Part shown: piece by piece, positions 1-9,153 of the stretch
How the letters are laid out: the number at the start of each line of letters is the position of its first letter
Numbering within the stretch: position 1 is the stretch's first letter
From: a virus
Taxonomy: Duplodnaviria > Caudoviricetes
IMG/VR virus record: IMGVR_UViG_3300028048_000120
Span: 19,744-83,743 of that record
Strand: one strand, 5' to 3'
Length of the DNA stretch: 64,000 nucleotides
Program-made: the position numbers and the translations under genes
Notes under the pieces: model-generated
Database searches by the model: none
What the model saw: only the letters and a program-made list of their open reading frames with translations
Told to the model about the DNA's origin: nothing

Positions 1-12
1 GTTAATAATGTC

Positions 13-1029
13 TTGAAAGGTATTATCAACACACTGCCTGCACACGCACAAGGAATAACAGATGTTACTCGTAGCGATAGCGAACGTGAAGGAGATTCCG
101 GAACGGCATATTACTATACATCATGGATGCTGATCAAGGCTGTGGATACCGTAAAAAATGAGATAACGGTAGCGCTATATCCTGACGAGGAAGTACCAGC
201 CGGAAGAAATTTCGCACCTTGCAAGGAGATGAAGATAGCAAGATGGGGAAATGCAGATGATAGCAAACCTGAGCTACAGAGTTGTTTGTTCCTGTCATCT
301 GGTGATGGTAAGATCATCCACCTGAAGAGAGTGAATAAGCCTATCATAGATTTCAACAATTATGGATTCACGCTTGGTACCATCCCGGAACCACTGCAGA
401 ACCTATTGCCGAGATACGCCAATGGTGATGCCGTATACGTAGATACGGTATATGCGCAAAACTTCCAGAAGATAAACAAGCAGCATCAGCCTATCACGGA
501 GATCGTAGACAGAGGTCAGTGGACTGCAAATCCTTCTGAACCTTATCACTTTAATGGGAAAAACTCCGGAGGGACATACGAGACTTCTACTGTGTACCAC
601 ATAGGCTGCAAATGGCAATGTATCCATGAGGGAACGACAAGTGAACCGGTATGGAACAGTACCGACTGGATTCTTATTGAGGGTAACAGCAACCTGACAT
701 TGGAATTCACGGACGAAGAAGGATACGCTATAACGTATCTAGCAGTAAGACCACAGCATGTAGATTTTACCGTATTCGCAAAAGTCTTTCTCGGACATAT
801 AGACATAACCAGTGATATAAGAGATCAGGACGTAACATGGACCATAGACAGAGGAACCGGTTATGAGGATATGGATAGAGCGTGGAGTATTGCTAAGAGC
901 GGTCATAAAAGTCTGAGAATAACGAATGATGACATGCCATCCACATTTGCTGCGGGGGACAAGATCAAGATAACGTGTAGCATATTGGTACGTGATGGAA
1001 AATTTGTTACGAATGAAATTATAATATAA
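13..1029 (+). CDS. Tail-associated structural protein (5'-truncated by window)
   Basis: Frame is open from the window start. Contains WQCIHEGTTSEPVWNSTDW (carbohydrate-binding-module-like motif typical of Bacteroidota phage tail proteins) and lies upstream of the tail fibre. Confidence 0.55.
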   Translation: MKGIINTLPAHAQGITDVTRSDSEREGDSGTAYYYTSWMLIKAVDTVKNEITVALYPDEEVPAGRNFAPCKEMKIARWGNADDSKPELQSCLFLSSGDGKIIHLKRVNKPIIDFNNYGFTLGTIPEPLQNLLPRYANGDAVYVDTVYAQNFQKINKQHQPITEIVDRGQWTANPSEPYHFNGKNSGGTYETSTVYHIGCKWQCIHEGTTSEPVWNSTDWILIEGNSNLTLEFTDEEGYAITYLAVRPQHVDFTVFAKVFLGHIDITSDIRDQDVTWTIDRGTGYEDMDRAWSIAKSGHKSLRITNDDMPSTFAAGDKIKITCSILVRDGKFVTNEIII

Positions 1030-1030
1030 T

Positions 1031-2170
1031 ATGAAAAGTCAGAATATTTCCACTCCTTTGGTTGTACATACAATATACCAGCCACTATCAGTTGCTATCG
1101 CACTGACACCTAGCATGGATGTCAAGCAGTGGTATTATGTTGCATACGACACATACAAGGAAGACTGGAGCAAGACACCTATGTTCATTGTACCTACGGT
1201 AAAGGTTACAGATCCTGAGAATCCAGGTGTGGTCATACAACCTCAATATGATGTAACTTGGTATGAGCGTGTGAATGGCATAGACACAAGGGTAACGGAT
1301 ATTGCAGGCAAGCACTATAGCATAAGGCCTGATGATAAAGCATTGATAGTAGCTGACAATATACCACTCGGTACGAGTAGCATCATGCTTGTAGCTAAGA
1401 TAAGATGGACTGATAGCAGAACACTAACGACTTATGATGTGGAAAAGTCTATAGATCTGGCAATGATTACGGCCACAGATCCTATATTTCACTTATCTGT
1501 ACTTACAGCTCCAACAATAACATACAATCCTTTCAGAGATTCATCTACCATCAAGTCATTGGAGGCACAGGTCACCTATACGAATAATATAGCAAGTAAT
1601 ATAACTTATAAGTGGTACGCTATGAATGATGATGGCACGCTTCGCAATATCAATACAGAACCATGTCCATACTACGTAAGTGGCCAAGGAACAAATGTGC
1701 TTCGCATAGACATGCAATATATCACTAAGCTGACTGTTGTATGCCGTATTGCCAAGGCAGATGGTACGGAACTTCCACCACAGGAGACAAGAACACTTAT
1801 ATGGGATTTCACAGGAATTGAAACGACGATATATTCAAGAGCCGGGAATGCTATACATCCAACATCTATGTCGGAGATGACTTTTGAACCTATCATAAAC
1901 TATAAGGGTGCCACTATCACAGACAATTCATGGAAGCAGAAAATGTTACTATTATGGAAAATGAAGAAAACAAATGAGAATGATTATCATAACCTCATAA
2001 CAAATCCATCTGTAACCGTAAGATCATCCGATCTGGAATCTCAGCAAGGAGTAAATACGATAATCAATGCAGACCAACTGTTCCTTGAGGCAAACCAGCT
2101 ATTGGTAGACGATGAAGGAAAATATATCGTTGATGGAAATGATAAATATGTATTAGGACAAAAATATTAA
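1031..2170 (+). CDS. Putative tail structural protein (beta-rich, Ig-like)
   Basis: 379-aa ORF with YKWY motif and beta-rich composition; tail operon context. Confidence 0.5.
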   Translation: MKSQNISTPLVVHTIYQPLSVAIALTPSMDVKQWYYVAYDTYKEDWSKTPMFIVPTVKVTDPENPGVVIQPQYDVTWYERVNGIDTRVTDIAGKHYSIRPDDKALIVADNIPLGTSSIMLVAKIRWTDSRTLTTYDVEKSIDLAMITATDPIFHLSVLTAPTITYNPFRDSSTIKSLEAQVTYTNNIASNITYKWYAMNDDGTLRNINTEPCPYYVSGQGTNVLRIDMQYITKLTVVCRIAKADGTELPPQETRTLIWDFTGIETTIYSRAGNAIHPTSMSEMTFEPIINYKGATITDNSWKQKMLLLWKMKKTNENDYHNLITNPSVTVRSSDLESQQGVNTIINADQLFLEANQLLVDDEGKYIVDGNDKYVLGQKY

Positions 2171-2174
2171 TGAT

Positions 2175-2447
2175 ATGGAGAGTTACGCAAACTATTACAG
2201 TGCAAGCAAGGATATTGCTGCAAGGATAAACATTATAGGTCAAAGGTATATTACCAAGGATGGAAGGTATATATTATCATCTCATGACCTGATGGCAGTA
2301 GAATTCAAGCCTGAGGAATATGTCAATGGTCTTGATGTGAAAATGCTTACAGAAGATGAGGCTGACCGTCTTATAAGTGAGAACGGGAGACGCTTTGATA
2401 ATCCTATAGTAGAATCTGACGAAAGAGAAGAGGAGGAACAGAAATGA
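2175..2447 (+). CDS. Hypothetical protein (tail operon)
   Basis: 90-aa ORF, tightly coupled to neighbours (ATGA overlap with next gene). Confidence 0.55.
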   Translation: MESYANYYSASKDIAARINIIGQRYITKDGRYILSSHDLMAVEFKPEEYVNGLDVKMLTEDEADRLISENGRRFDNPIVESDEREEEEQK

Positions 2448-3556
2448 GCATAGTAACGAACAAATTCTTCATCAGCGCAGTAGATGACGGAAGTACGATG
2501 ACGGCTACGTTATCCAAAAATATGGCGCTATCACAATCCTATTCGCCTAATAATGGTGGAGTATGGATGCCTAACTTCACGACTGATAGTCCTATACTGA
2601 CTCCATACATTCTTAAAGGAGCTACAAGAGTGCAGCCAACGACGCAGAATTGGTATTGCAATGGAATTCTTTTGGAATTCGATACTACGACAAAGAAATG
2701 TACAACACCAAGATATGTAAACGTATTTCAACTTATCACTGATGCAAACGGATACGAATGCCTTAAAATAATTGACAACCTTGCCAAACCGGGTAACCTC
2801 GATGCGGATAGCATCATGCTGAAAGGTACAGTAGAATTTAACGGAGCACAGGTAGAATTTGCCGTGAGAGAGACTATCATGCTGACAGAAGTACAAGGTA
2901 ACGGATATTCTTCGACTTTTACTTTTAGCCCAAGCAATACGATTACTGAGCGAGGCCAGACAATAACGATAACAGGAAAGCTATATGCCAACGGAGCTGA
3001 ATATACAGGAAATTATGACTGCAATTGGTATCTCAATGATTCATCAACTGTTTCCGCAACAGGAAAGACACTCACTCTACAGGAAGCCAATGTGGTGGAC
3101 TATGTCGTAATAAAATGTGAATTTATAATAGTAGGTACGGAGAGAACTAAGGTGTTGACAAGCTATACCTCTGTAGATGATGCCAGCGATAATGACCAGA
3201 TGCAAGTATCGTGCAATATCAGAGGGCAGGGAACTAACAATGGTAACTCGGCAACATTGCACGCTGATCAGATAGCTGATATTAAGTTTTGGATGGCTTA
3301 CGAGACGAACAAGGCTATAGGATCGAATAATAAATTCACGACGTATTCCGTGAAATTGTTCAACACAAAGATGGAGAGCAATATCGGTGCTCAGTCAATA
3401 AACACTATCGTGCTTGGTAGTGATGGATCTGATGGCTACAAGAATGTGACAACGACAGATAGTGATACAGGTGTACCTATAGGAAGTCTATCCGTATCTT
3501 ATGATAACGTGATACAATGTGGAGGTAACATAAGTGGAATTTTAAAAGCACAATAA
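2444..3556 (+). CDS. Putative tail structural protein (Ig-like domains)
   Basis: 370-aa beta-rich ORF with NWY motifs; stop overlaps the tail-fibre start. Confidence 0.5.
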   Translation: MSIVTNKFFISAVDDGSTMTATLSKNMALSQSYSPNNGGVWMPNFTTDSPILTPYILKGATRVQPTTQNWYCNGILLEFDTTTKKCTTPRYVNVFQLITDANGYECLKIIDNLAKPGNLDADSIMLKGTVEFNGAQVEFAVRETIMLTEVQGNGYSSTFTFSPSNTITERGQTITITGKLYANGAEYTGNYDCNWYLNDSSTVSATGKTLTLQEANVVDYVVIKCEFIIVGTERTKVLTSYTSVDDASDNDQMQVSCNIRGQGTNNGNSATLHADQIADIKFWMAYETNKAIGSNNKFTTYSVKLFNTKMESNIGAQSINTIVLGSDGSDGYKNVTTTDSDTGVPIGSLSVSYDNVIQCGGNISGILKAQ

Positions 3557-5742
3557 TGAAAAAGACGGTAACAGGCACTTTCAGCGTAACGGCAGTCAAA
3601 GACGGTGCCAAAGGAGACAAAGGAGACAAGGGTGATCAAGGTATCCGTGGCTTGCAGGGCTTGCAAGGCGAGAAAGGCGACCAAGGAATCCAAGGTCCGA
3701 AGGGCGAGAAAGGCGACACTGGTGCTGCTGGTAAGGATGGCGTGAGCACCTACTTCCATATTGCATACGCTGACAATGCAACAGGCGGAGGGTTTTCTCA
3801 GAACCCAACCGGAAAGAATTATATCGGCACGTATGTAGACCATACGGCCACGGACTCCACGAACCCCTCTGCCTACAAATGGCAGCTTGTAAAAGGTGCG
3901 CAAGGCGAGAAGGGTGACAAGGGTATTCCCGGCACGAACGGAAACGACGGAAAGACTTCATATTTGCATATTGCCTATGCTAACTCGGCAGACGGAAAGA
4001 CCGGGTTCGATGTTAGCAACAGCACGGGAAAACTCTATATTGGCCAGTATGTTGATTTCACAGAATCGGATTCCAACGACCCGACGAAATACTCTTGGAC
4101 GAAGATAAAGGGAGACAAAGGAGACACTCCACCAATGTATTCTTTAGAAGCATCTTCGGGAAATAATGATATTGGAAATGATTCTCATATCGCATGTAAC
4201 GGGCAAATATTACAAACGGCAATCGGACGTGGACATTGGTGTTATTTCATTACAGGCGGGACTAATCCTGTCGTAGCATTCTCAAGGAATTATGATACAT
4301 GGGGAACGCCATCATTGGCAACGGACTTGGCAAATTTTCTAACAGGTGACGAAGCTGCTGCGTACGCTAATGGCGTATTGGTGATTGTCGGATATGACGC
4401 AATATCGGTAAACGATGATTTACGGCAAGCATTGAGGAGCTATGGCTATGGAGGGGAAAACCTACTGTATAATGTAGGGCCAACAAGAGAATCTTTTGTC
4501 TTCATCGGACAAAAAGGTATGACAGAAGGAACTGCGTATTACAAAATGTCGAAAAACACGAAAGTAAGTCTTACGGCATCTGTTTCAAATGGGGTTCTTA
4601 TCGGTATGGGCCATAAAGGTGACAAGGGCGATACCGGTAGCACAGGGCCTATTATGTACAATGCAGGAACATGGTCTAGCAATACGCAGTATACCAATAA
4701 CGGGAAGGCTACCCCTATGGTGATGACAGAATCCTCTAGTGGTGGTATCACCTCACGTAATTACTGGTATCTTCCTAATGTCGGATCTAGTACCAATCAA
4801 GATCCAAGAAATGGAGCACCATGGGAAGAGGTAACAGGATATGCTGCACTCTTTGCAGAAATGGCCATCATTAACGGAGGTACTCTCAATGATGCAGTGT
4901 TCAAGGACGGATGGATGTTCAGCAAGGCAGGAAGATATATGAGTAACGAAAGTTACGTCTATACAACATATAACGATACCAACTGGACGAATTTTGACCC
5001 AACTGTATATAACAGCTCGGATGAGGCTTTATGGAGGCCACTTGTAGCTATAGACTTCAGAAATGGAAAGGCTTATTATACCGATTCAATTAATGCCACA
5101 GGAGGAGAGTTTAATGGTAATTTTTCCGCTTATAGAAATCGTATCATATTAGGGAAAATCAAAGCCAACTCTTATGCTGACTCAGATTTGTATGGGATTC
5201 GTTTCAGTGACTCTCATGAAACAGAATGTGGATCTATTGATCAATTTACAGATTCTAATGTATCACAATGCGCTTTAACTTTAACAGCAAACGATTATTC
5301 CTCATCAAGCCCTCAGGAAATTGGCAGACTTGATATAGTACCTACAACTGGTATAGCGCACACAGCATCAGGTTCGTTTTCTCTCTTGCAGAATTGGAGT
5401 ATTGGAAAATATGGAGACTGTCTCGGATTAAAATCGAGTACACTTGTAATTCGTTCTTCAGATTCCTTCGATATAACATCAGGAGATAGTGGGACATTCT
5501 ACGTTTTTGACAATGACCATGATTTAACCATTAATCTTCCAGAAGAATCACTTGACGGATTCACATTTGAGTTTAAGGCAATAAATCACCCAATAAATTT
5601 GAAAGTAAAAAATAATTCACATAGAATCGTTTTCCAAGACGCAGCACATAGCAATAGAACAGAACATAGAATAGAAGATTCTGTTCCACGTAAATATATC
5701 TACGTACGAGGTAGATGGTTTGAAATGAGTTATCATCATTAA
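3556..5742 (+). CDS. Tail fibre / host-specificity protein with collagen repeats, two antireceptor-type repeats and an ILEI-like domain
   Basis: GxY runs (GDKGDKGDQG); two HIAYA...YIG.Y.D...DS..P..Y.W...KG repeats; VLVIVGYDA...ALRSYG...RESFVFIGQKG resembles ILEI/PANDER. Confidence 0.8.
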   Translation: MKKTVTGTFSVTAVKDGAKGDKGDKGDQGIRGLQGLQGEKGDQGIQGPKGEKGDTGAAGKDGVSTYFHIAYADNATGGGFSQNPTGKNYIGTYVDHTATDSTNPSAYKWQLVKGAQGEKGDKGIPGTNGNDGKTSYLHIAYANSADGKTGFDVSNSTGKLYIGQYVDFTESDSNDPTKYSWTKIKGDKGDTPPMYSLEASSGNNDIGNDSHIACNGQILQTAIGRGHWCYFITGGTNPVVAFSRNYDTWGTPSLATDLANFLTGDEAAAYANGVLVIVGYDAISVNDDLRQALRSYGYGGENLLYNVGPTRESFVFIGQKGMTEGTAYYKMSKNTKVSLTASVSNGVLIGMGHKGDKGDTGSTGPIMYNAGTWSSNTQYTNNGKATPMVMTESSSGGITSRNYWYLPNVGSSTNQDPRNGAPWEEVTGYAALFAEMAIINGGTLNDAVFKDGWMFSKAGRYMSNESYVYTTYNDTNWTNFDPTVYNSSDEALWRPLVAIDFRNGKAYYTDSINATGGEFNGNFSAYRNRIILGKIKANSYADSDLYGIRFSDSHETECGSIDQFTDSNVSQCALTLTANDYSSSSPQEIGRLDIVPTTGIAHTASGSFSLLQNWSIGKYGDCLGLKSSTLVIRSSDSFDITSGDSGTFYVFDNDHDLTINLPEESLDGFTFEFKAINHPINLKVKNNSHRIVFQDAAHSNRTEHRIEDSVPRKYIYVRGRWFEMSYHH

Positions 5743-5757
5743 TTAAAAAATACAATT

Positions 5758-6315
5758 ATGACAGCAACAACGAATTTAAGTGCAGCGCTCAAGACAATAG
5801 ATGCTGCAGTAGAACATAACGAGACACCTTCAGACGGCTTATATGTAGAACTTCACAATGCTGATGGCAGTATAGCCTGCAAGAGCACCTTGACGGAGTT
5901 TCTGGCCAGTGCTGCAAAAGCTATATTATCTACCAATACGCTGTCTACAGCAACAAAGATAGCTGCTGTAGACGGAAATACATTCGGTGGAATAGACGGA
6001 AATAATCTCGCAACACTTATGGCGGGGAAATGGAAATACCTTTATTTAAATAAAGGTCAAACGTATTATCCATTAGAAAAAGGAATTTATGTATTGCATG
6101 AATTATCAAATGGAGAATATCATATATTTATTGCATCAGGATGGCTTTTTGGATCAAATAAGATATTTGGTTCTGGAGCATATATAAGATATAGTGAGCA
6201 AGATGACAACAATAACTATGGAATGGTCATCTTGCCAGGCACAAGTGAAGATAAACGATTAAGAATATCTGCACATATGAACACCCAATTGCAATTCAAA
6301 CTTTTGGCATTCTAG
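5758..6315 (+). CDS. Small putative receptor-binding protein with switchable C-terminus (expressed allele A)
   Basis: 185 aa directly after the tail fibre; residues up to MAGK are duplicated on the opposite strand at 6578-6756. Confidence 0.65.
   Translation: MTATTNLSAALKTIDAAVEHNETPSDGLYVELHNADGSIACKSTLTEFLASAAKAILSTNTLSTATKIAAVDGNTFGGIDGNNLATLMAGKWKYLYLNKGQTYYPLEKGIYVLHELSNGEYHIFIASGWLFGSNKIFGSGAYIRYSEQDDNNNYGMVILPGTSEDKRLRISAHMNTQLQFKLLAF
5853..6031 (+). repeat. Left arm of perfect 179-bp inverted repeat
   Basis: Base-by-base match to the reverse complement of 6578-6756 (tcacaatgctgatgg...atggcggggaaat). Confidence 0.97.
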
Positions 6316-6756
6316 ATGATTGATAATTGTCTACATAGAATTTCAGAATTTCTTTTGTTTTCTACATTAGCAACTCCTCTATTGATGGTAAGTGATATAT
6401 ACAACCCTTGGAGTTGCTCTTGTATGGAAGTACTAATTATAACATAAGAACTATAAAGTATTTCCACAATGGCATAATTTTGCCCCCCATCGAACAACAT
6501 CATCAGTAGCCCATACGTAGCGTTTGGTATTACAGCAGATTCTTTTCCCGGTATTCTTACGAATGTAGAAGGTTGTAATTTCCCCGCCATAAGTGTTGCG
6601 AGATTATTTCCGTCTATTCCACCGAATGTATTTCCGTCTACAGCAGCTATCTTTGTTGCTGTAGACAGCGTATTGGTAGATAATATAGCTTTTGCAGCAC
6701 TGGCCAGAAACTCCGTCAAGGTGCTCTTGCAGGCTATACTGCCATCAGCATTGTGA
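6312..6756 (-). other. Silent alternative C-terminal cassette (allele B) for the 5758 gene
   Basis: In-frame repeat (HNADG...LMAGK) followed by a different 88-aa C-terminus (LQPSTF...QLSII). It lacks the N-terminal 32 aa; the ORF caller start at 6770 is a TTG outside the repeat. Confidence 0.75.
6578..6756 (-). repeat. Right arm of perfect 179-bp inverted repeat
   Basis: Reverse complement is identical to 5853-6031. Confidence 0.97.
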
Positions 6757-6826
6757 GAAATAAGGGCCAATTATTAAAAATATTTAAAATTACCAATTAA
6801 AGAGAACAATTTACTGATATGTGATA

Positions 6827-6834
6827 TATATTTG
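6827..6834 (+). promoter_or_regulatory. Bacteroidota primary-sigma -7 element (TATATTTG)
   Basis: Matches TAnnTTTG just upstream of the 6846 gene; no clear -33 box. Confidence 0.55.
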
Positions 6835-6845
6835 CGTATATAATA

Positions 6846-7298
6846 ATGTGTAACTTAATAATCAAAAAATATTTTATAATGACAAGATTAAGAGATCATG
6901 AACCTACGCTCCTACAGAAAGAACGTATGAAACTGGAAACACGCTATCTTACTTTTTCGATTTCAATTTTTCACGCCATCTATGTACTCAACTTGGTATC
7001 TAACGGACTACCTCCAAGATGCCCCGATTTTGGTTCTATACTTGTGTATATGGCATTACTTCTCATCAACATACATTTATATGATGAGAGTAAGTGCTAT
7101 TACTATTGTTACTGGCATAGACACCCAATATTGTTCTCTATATATTATGAGATAACGAGGATATTATTCTCGCTTGGAATCATTAAATGGGATGTTGTAA
7201 CATGGAATAGTATAGACGTTATAATGTTAGCAGCAATATACGTAACATGGGTAGTTGGATATATGGCTCATAGCCACTTAATAATCAGGATAAGATGA
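6846..7298 (+). CDS. Multi-pass membrane protein (module gene 1); start may be 6879
   Basis: Several hydrophobic segments; C..HR motif (CYWHR) shared with 41208-41600 (CSYHR). Confidence 0.65.
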   Translation: MCNLIIKKYFIMTRLRDHEPTLLQKERMKLETRYLTFSISIFHAIYVLNLVSNGLPPRCPDFGSILVYMALLLINIHLYDESKCYYYCYWHRHPILFSIYYEITRILFSLGIIKWDVVTWNSIDVIMLAAIYVTWVVGYMAHSHLIIRIR

Positions 7299-7600
7299 GT
7301 AGGAAGAGCATAGTTGTGAAGATGTTGAGAACCCTTGCTGACAATATAGAGAATGGCGAACAAAGTAAATATAATTCAAATCTTACGGATGACGAGATAG
7401 ATATTCTACTGAATGATTATGCGAGAATGAATGACGAGAAATTAAACAAAGTACATGCGTGTAGGTTTTTGAACATGAGTCGTGCAACATTTGACAGACG
7501 TATAGCAGAGGGAAAGATACCGAGAGGTAAGAAAGAAGCAGGATGGAAGGAACTGTACTGGTCTAAGCGAGAACTTGAGCAACTTATTACTCACGATTAA
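7295..7600 (+). CDS. AlpA/excisionase-like HTH DNA-binding protein (module gene 2)
   Basis: ACRFLNMSRATFDRRIAEGKIPRG...WKELYW; clear homologue at 40854-41147. Confidence 0.75.
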   Translation: MSRKSIVVKMLRTLADNIENGEQSKYNSNLTDDEIDILLNDYARMNDEKLNKVHACRFLNMSRATFDRRIAEGKIPRGKKEAGWKELYWSKRELEQLITHD

Positions 7601-7662
7601 TTCTATAGATACCATATATTTCAACGGTTTGAGCATTGTTTCCGCTCGGGCCGTTTTTTATT

Positions 7663-7670
7663 TACTTTTG
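7663..7670 (+). promoter_or_regulatory. -7 element TACTTTTG
   Basis: TAnnTTTG about 45 nt upstream of ATG 7715. Confidence 0.5.
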
Positions 7671-7714
7671 GCATGTAACGTTACGACATGTTTAACCTTT
7701 TAAAAACCAAAAGT

Positions 7715-8368
7715 ATGGACGGAAACAACCTTTCTTATGCTGATTTTGCTGCCATGGCCAATAATGGTGCCAATGGTCAGTGGAATAATCCATTCATCTA
7801 CTTGTTGTGGATGATGTTCTTTGGTGGTGGTGGCTTCGGGTTCAGAGGTAACGGACCAGGCGTTGGACCTCAGGTGCAGAATCTGCAAGATCTTATCCAA
7901 GACAACCACAACAGTGATTTGACGATGCAGGCTATTAACGGCAACACCGCTGCAATAACCCAGCTAGCCAACCTTCTGAACACTAGCACGGATAACATCA
8001 CGGCAGCTATAAACGCTATGTCACAGAACATGCAGAATAATTGCTGCCAAGTGAAGAGTGCTATCTTGGAGCAGGGTTATCAAAATCAACTAGCGAACTG
8101 TCAGCAGACAAACACCATCTTGCAGCAGGCGCAAGCATTACAGAATTCTATCACTAACGGGTTCACACAGATAGGATTCCAGTTGGAGCGCAATGCATGT
8201 GATGTAAAGCAGACTTCTACAGAAAACACACAGAGAATTATTGACACCCTAAACAGCCACTGGACATCAGAGCAACAGGGTATTATCAACTCTCTGAACG
8301 CAAAGGTAGCGAGCATGGAGCAGACACAAGCTATTATCTCTGCGCTTAAGCCTGCAGCAACCACTTAA
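7715..8368 (+). CDS. Gly-rich/TM + Cys-Cys coiled-coil protein of unknown function (module gene 3); ORF caller start 7688
   Basis: FIYLLWMMFFGGGGFG hydrophobic segment, QAING, NNCCQ, LANCQQTN; homologous to 38946-39872. Confidence 0.75.
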   Translation: MDGNNLSYADFAAMANNGANGQWNNPFIYLLWMMFFGGGGFGFRGNGPGVGPQVQNLQDLIQDNHNSDLTMQAINGNTAAITQLANLLNTSTDNITAAINAMSQNMQNNCCQVKSAILEQGYQNQLANCQQTNTILQQAQALQNSITNGFTQIGFQLERNACDVKQTSTENTQRIIDTLNSHWTSEQQGIINSLNAKVASMEQTQAIISALKPAATT

Positions 8369-8441
8369 CAAGAGTATTTTATTTCCATCTCGATTGGCTG
8401 CACATAAGGAGTTATATCCAATATCATATGGATATTGATAC

Positions 8442-8449
8442 TATCTTTG
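8442..8449 (+). promoter_or_regulatory. -7 element TATCTTTG embedded in a long inverted repeat
   Basis: TAnnTTTG 36 nt upstream of ATG 8485. Confidence 0.5.
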
Positions 8450-8484
8450 TGCAGCCATGTAAGTATAATCAACATATAAGAACT

Positions 8485-8730
8485 ATGGCAAGTATAACGG
8501 ACACAATAGAGAAAATTATGATAGAGCATAAGGAGAACAACAATGATAAGTTACAGGAACAGTTGATGAGGCTTAAAGAGGAACTCCATGAGACCGTGCA
8601 ATGCCTTGACAACTGTCTTCAAGCTCTACGCCGAATACGCTTGCGCATTAAAGATAAAGGCTATGAAGAAGGAATGGAACGAGATAAGGGAGAGAATCCT
8701 GAAGGATCAGAGCGAAGAAGATTTGCGTAA
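8485..8730 (+). CDS. Small charged helical protein (module gene 4); ORF caller start 8428
   Basis: ATG 8485 lies downstream of the -7 box at 8442; weakly resembles 37847-38047. Confidence 0.5.
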   Translation: MASITDTIEKIMIEHKENNNDKLQEQLMRLKEELHETVQCLDNCLQALRRIRLRIKDKGYEEGMERDKGENPEGSERRRFA

Positions 8731-9151
8731 GATGCTGGGTGCCGTCATGGACGTCATGGAGGCACATTGGACGGAAGACAAGCAATTCGACTTCATGAAA
8801 AGAGTCCATTACAGAATGTATGGAGGACACTACGACGAATTCCTAGCCATGCAACAGGTAAGGCACATGTATTGGGAAGACGATAACAGTAACATTCATT
8901 ACGTTACTCCACTACCTCTAGAACAGGTAAGAACGATATACCAGCGAGTATACAATAGGTTGAAATATAAGACCTACAATATGTATGACTTCTATGTGGA
9001 ACTGCACAGAATCAAGTCTGACAGATATCCTAAGGCTACGGACATCACGGACGAGATGATTCAGGACACCATCGTATCGCTCAATGATCCTGACAACCCA
9101 TTTGGGCTGGAAAGAGTTTGGGGATATTTTAACTCTGAAATTAAGAAATAG
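8663..9151 (+). CDS. Conserved helical phage protein (module gene 5); ORF caller start 8588
   Basis: HYDEFLAMQQVRHMY / LEQV / YDFYVELHRIKSD / LNDPD pattern is collinear with 37378-37794. Confidence 0.7.
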   Translation: MKKEWNEIRERILKDQSEEDLRKMLGAVMDVMEAHWTEDKQFDFMKRVHYRMYGGHYDEFLAMQQVRHMYWEDDNSNIHYVTPLPLEQVRTIYQRVYNRLKYKTYNMYDFYVELHRIKSDRYPKATDITDEMIQDTIVSLNDPDNPFGLERVWGYFNSEIKK

Positions 9152-9153
9152 AT

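Noticed and set aside
3600-4130. CRISPR array or tandem DNA repeat
   Set aside because: The repetitiveness comes from collagen GxY codons and two protein-level domain repeats, with no constant repeat-spacer periodicity.
5853-6756. IS/MITE or DGR TR-VR pair as an explanation of the 179-bp repeat
   Set aside because: The repeats are inverted, 100% identical (no A-specific mismatches) and lie inside a coding frame, and there is no transposase or target-site duplication.
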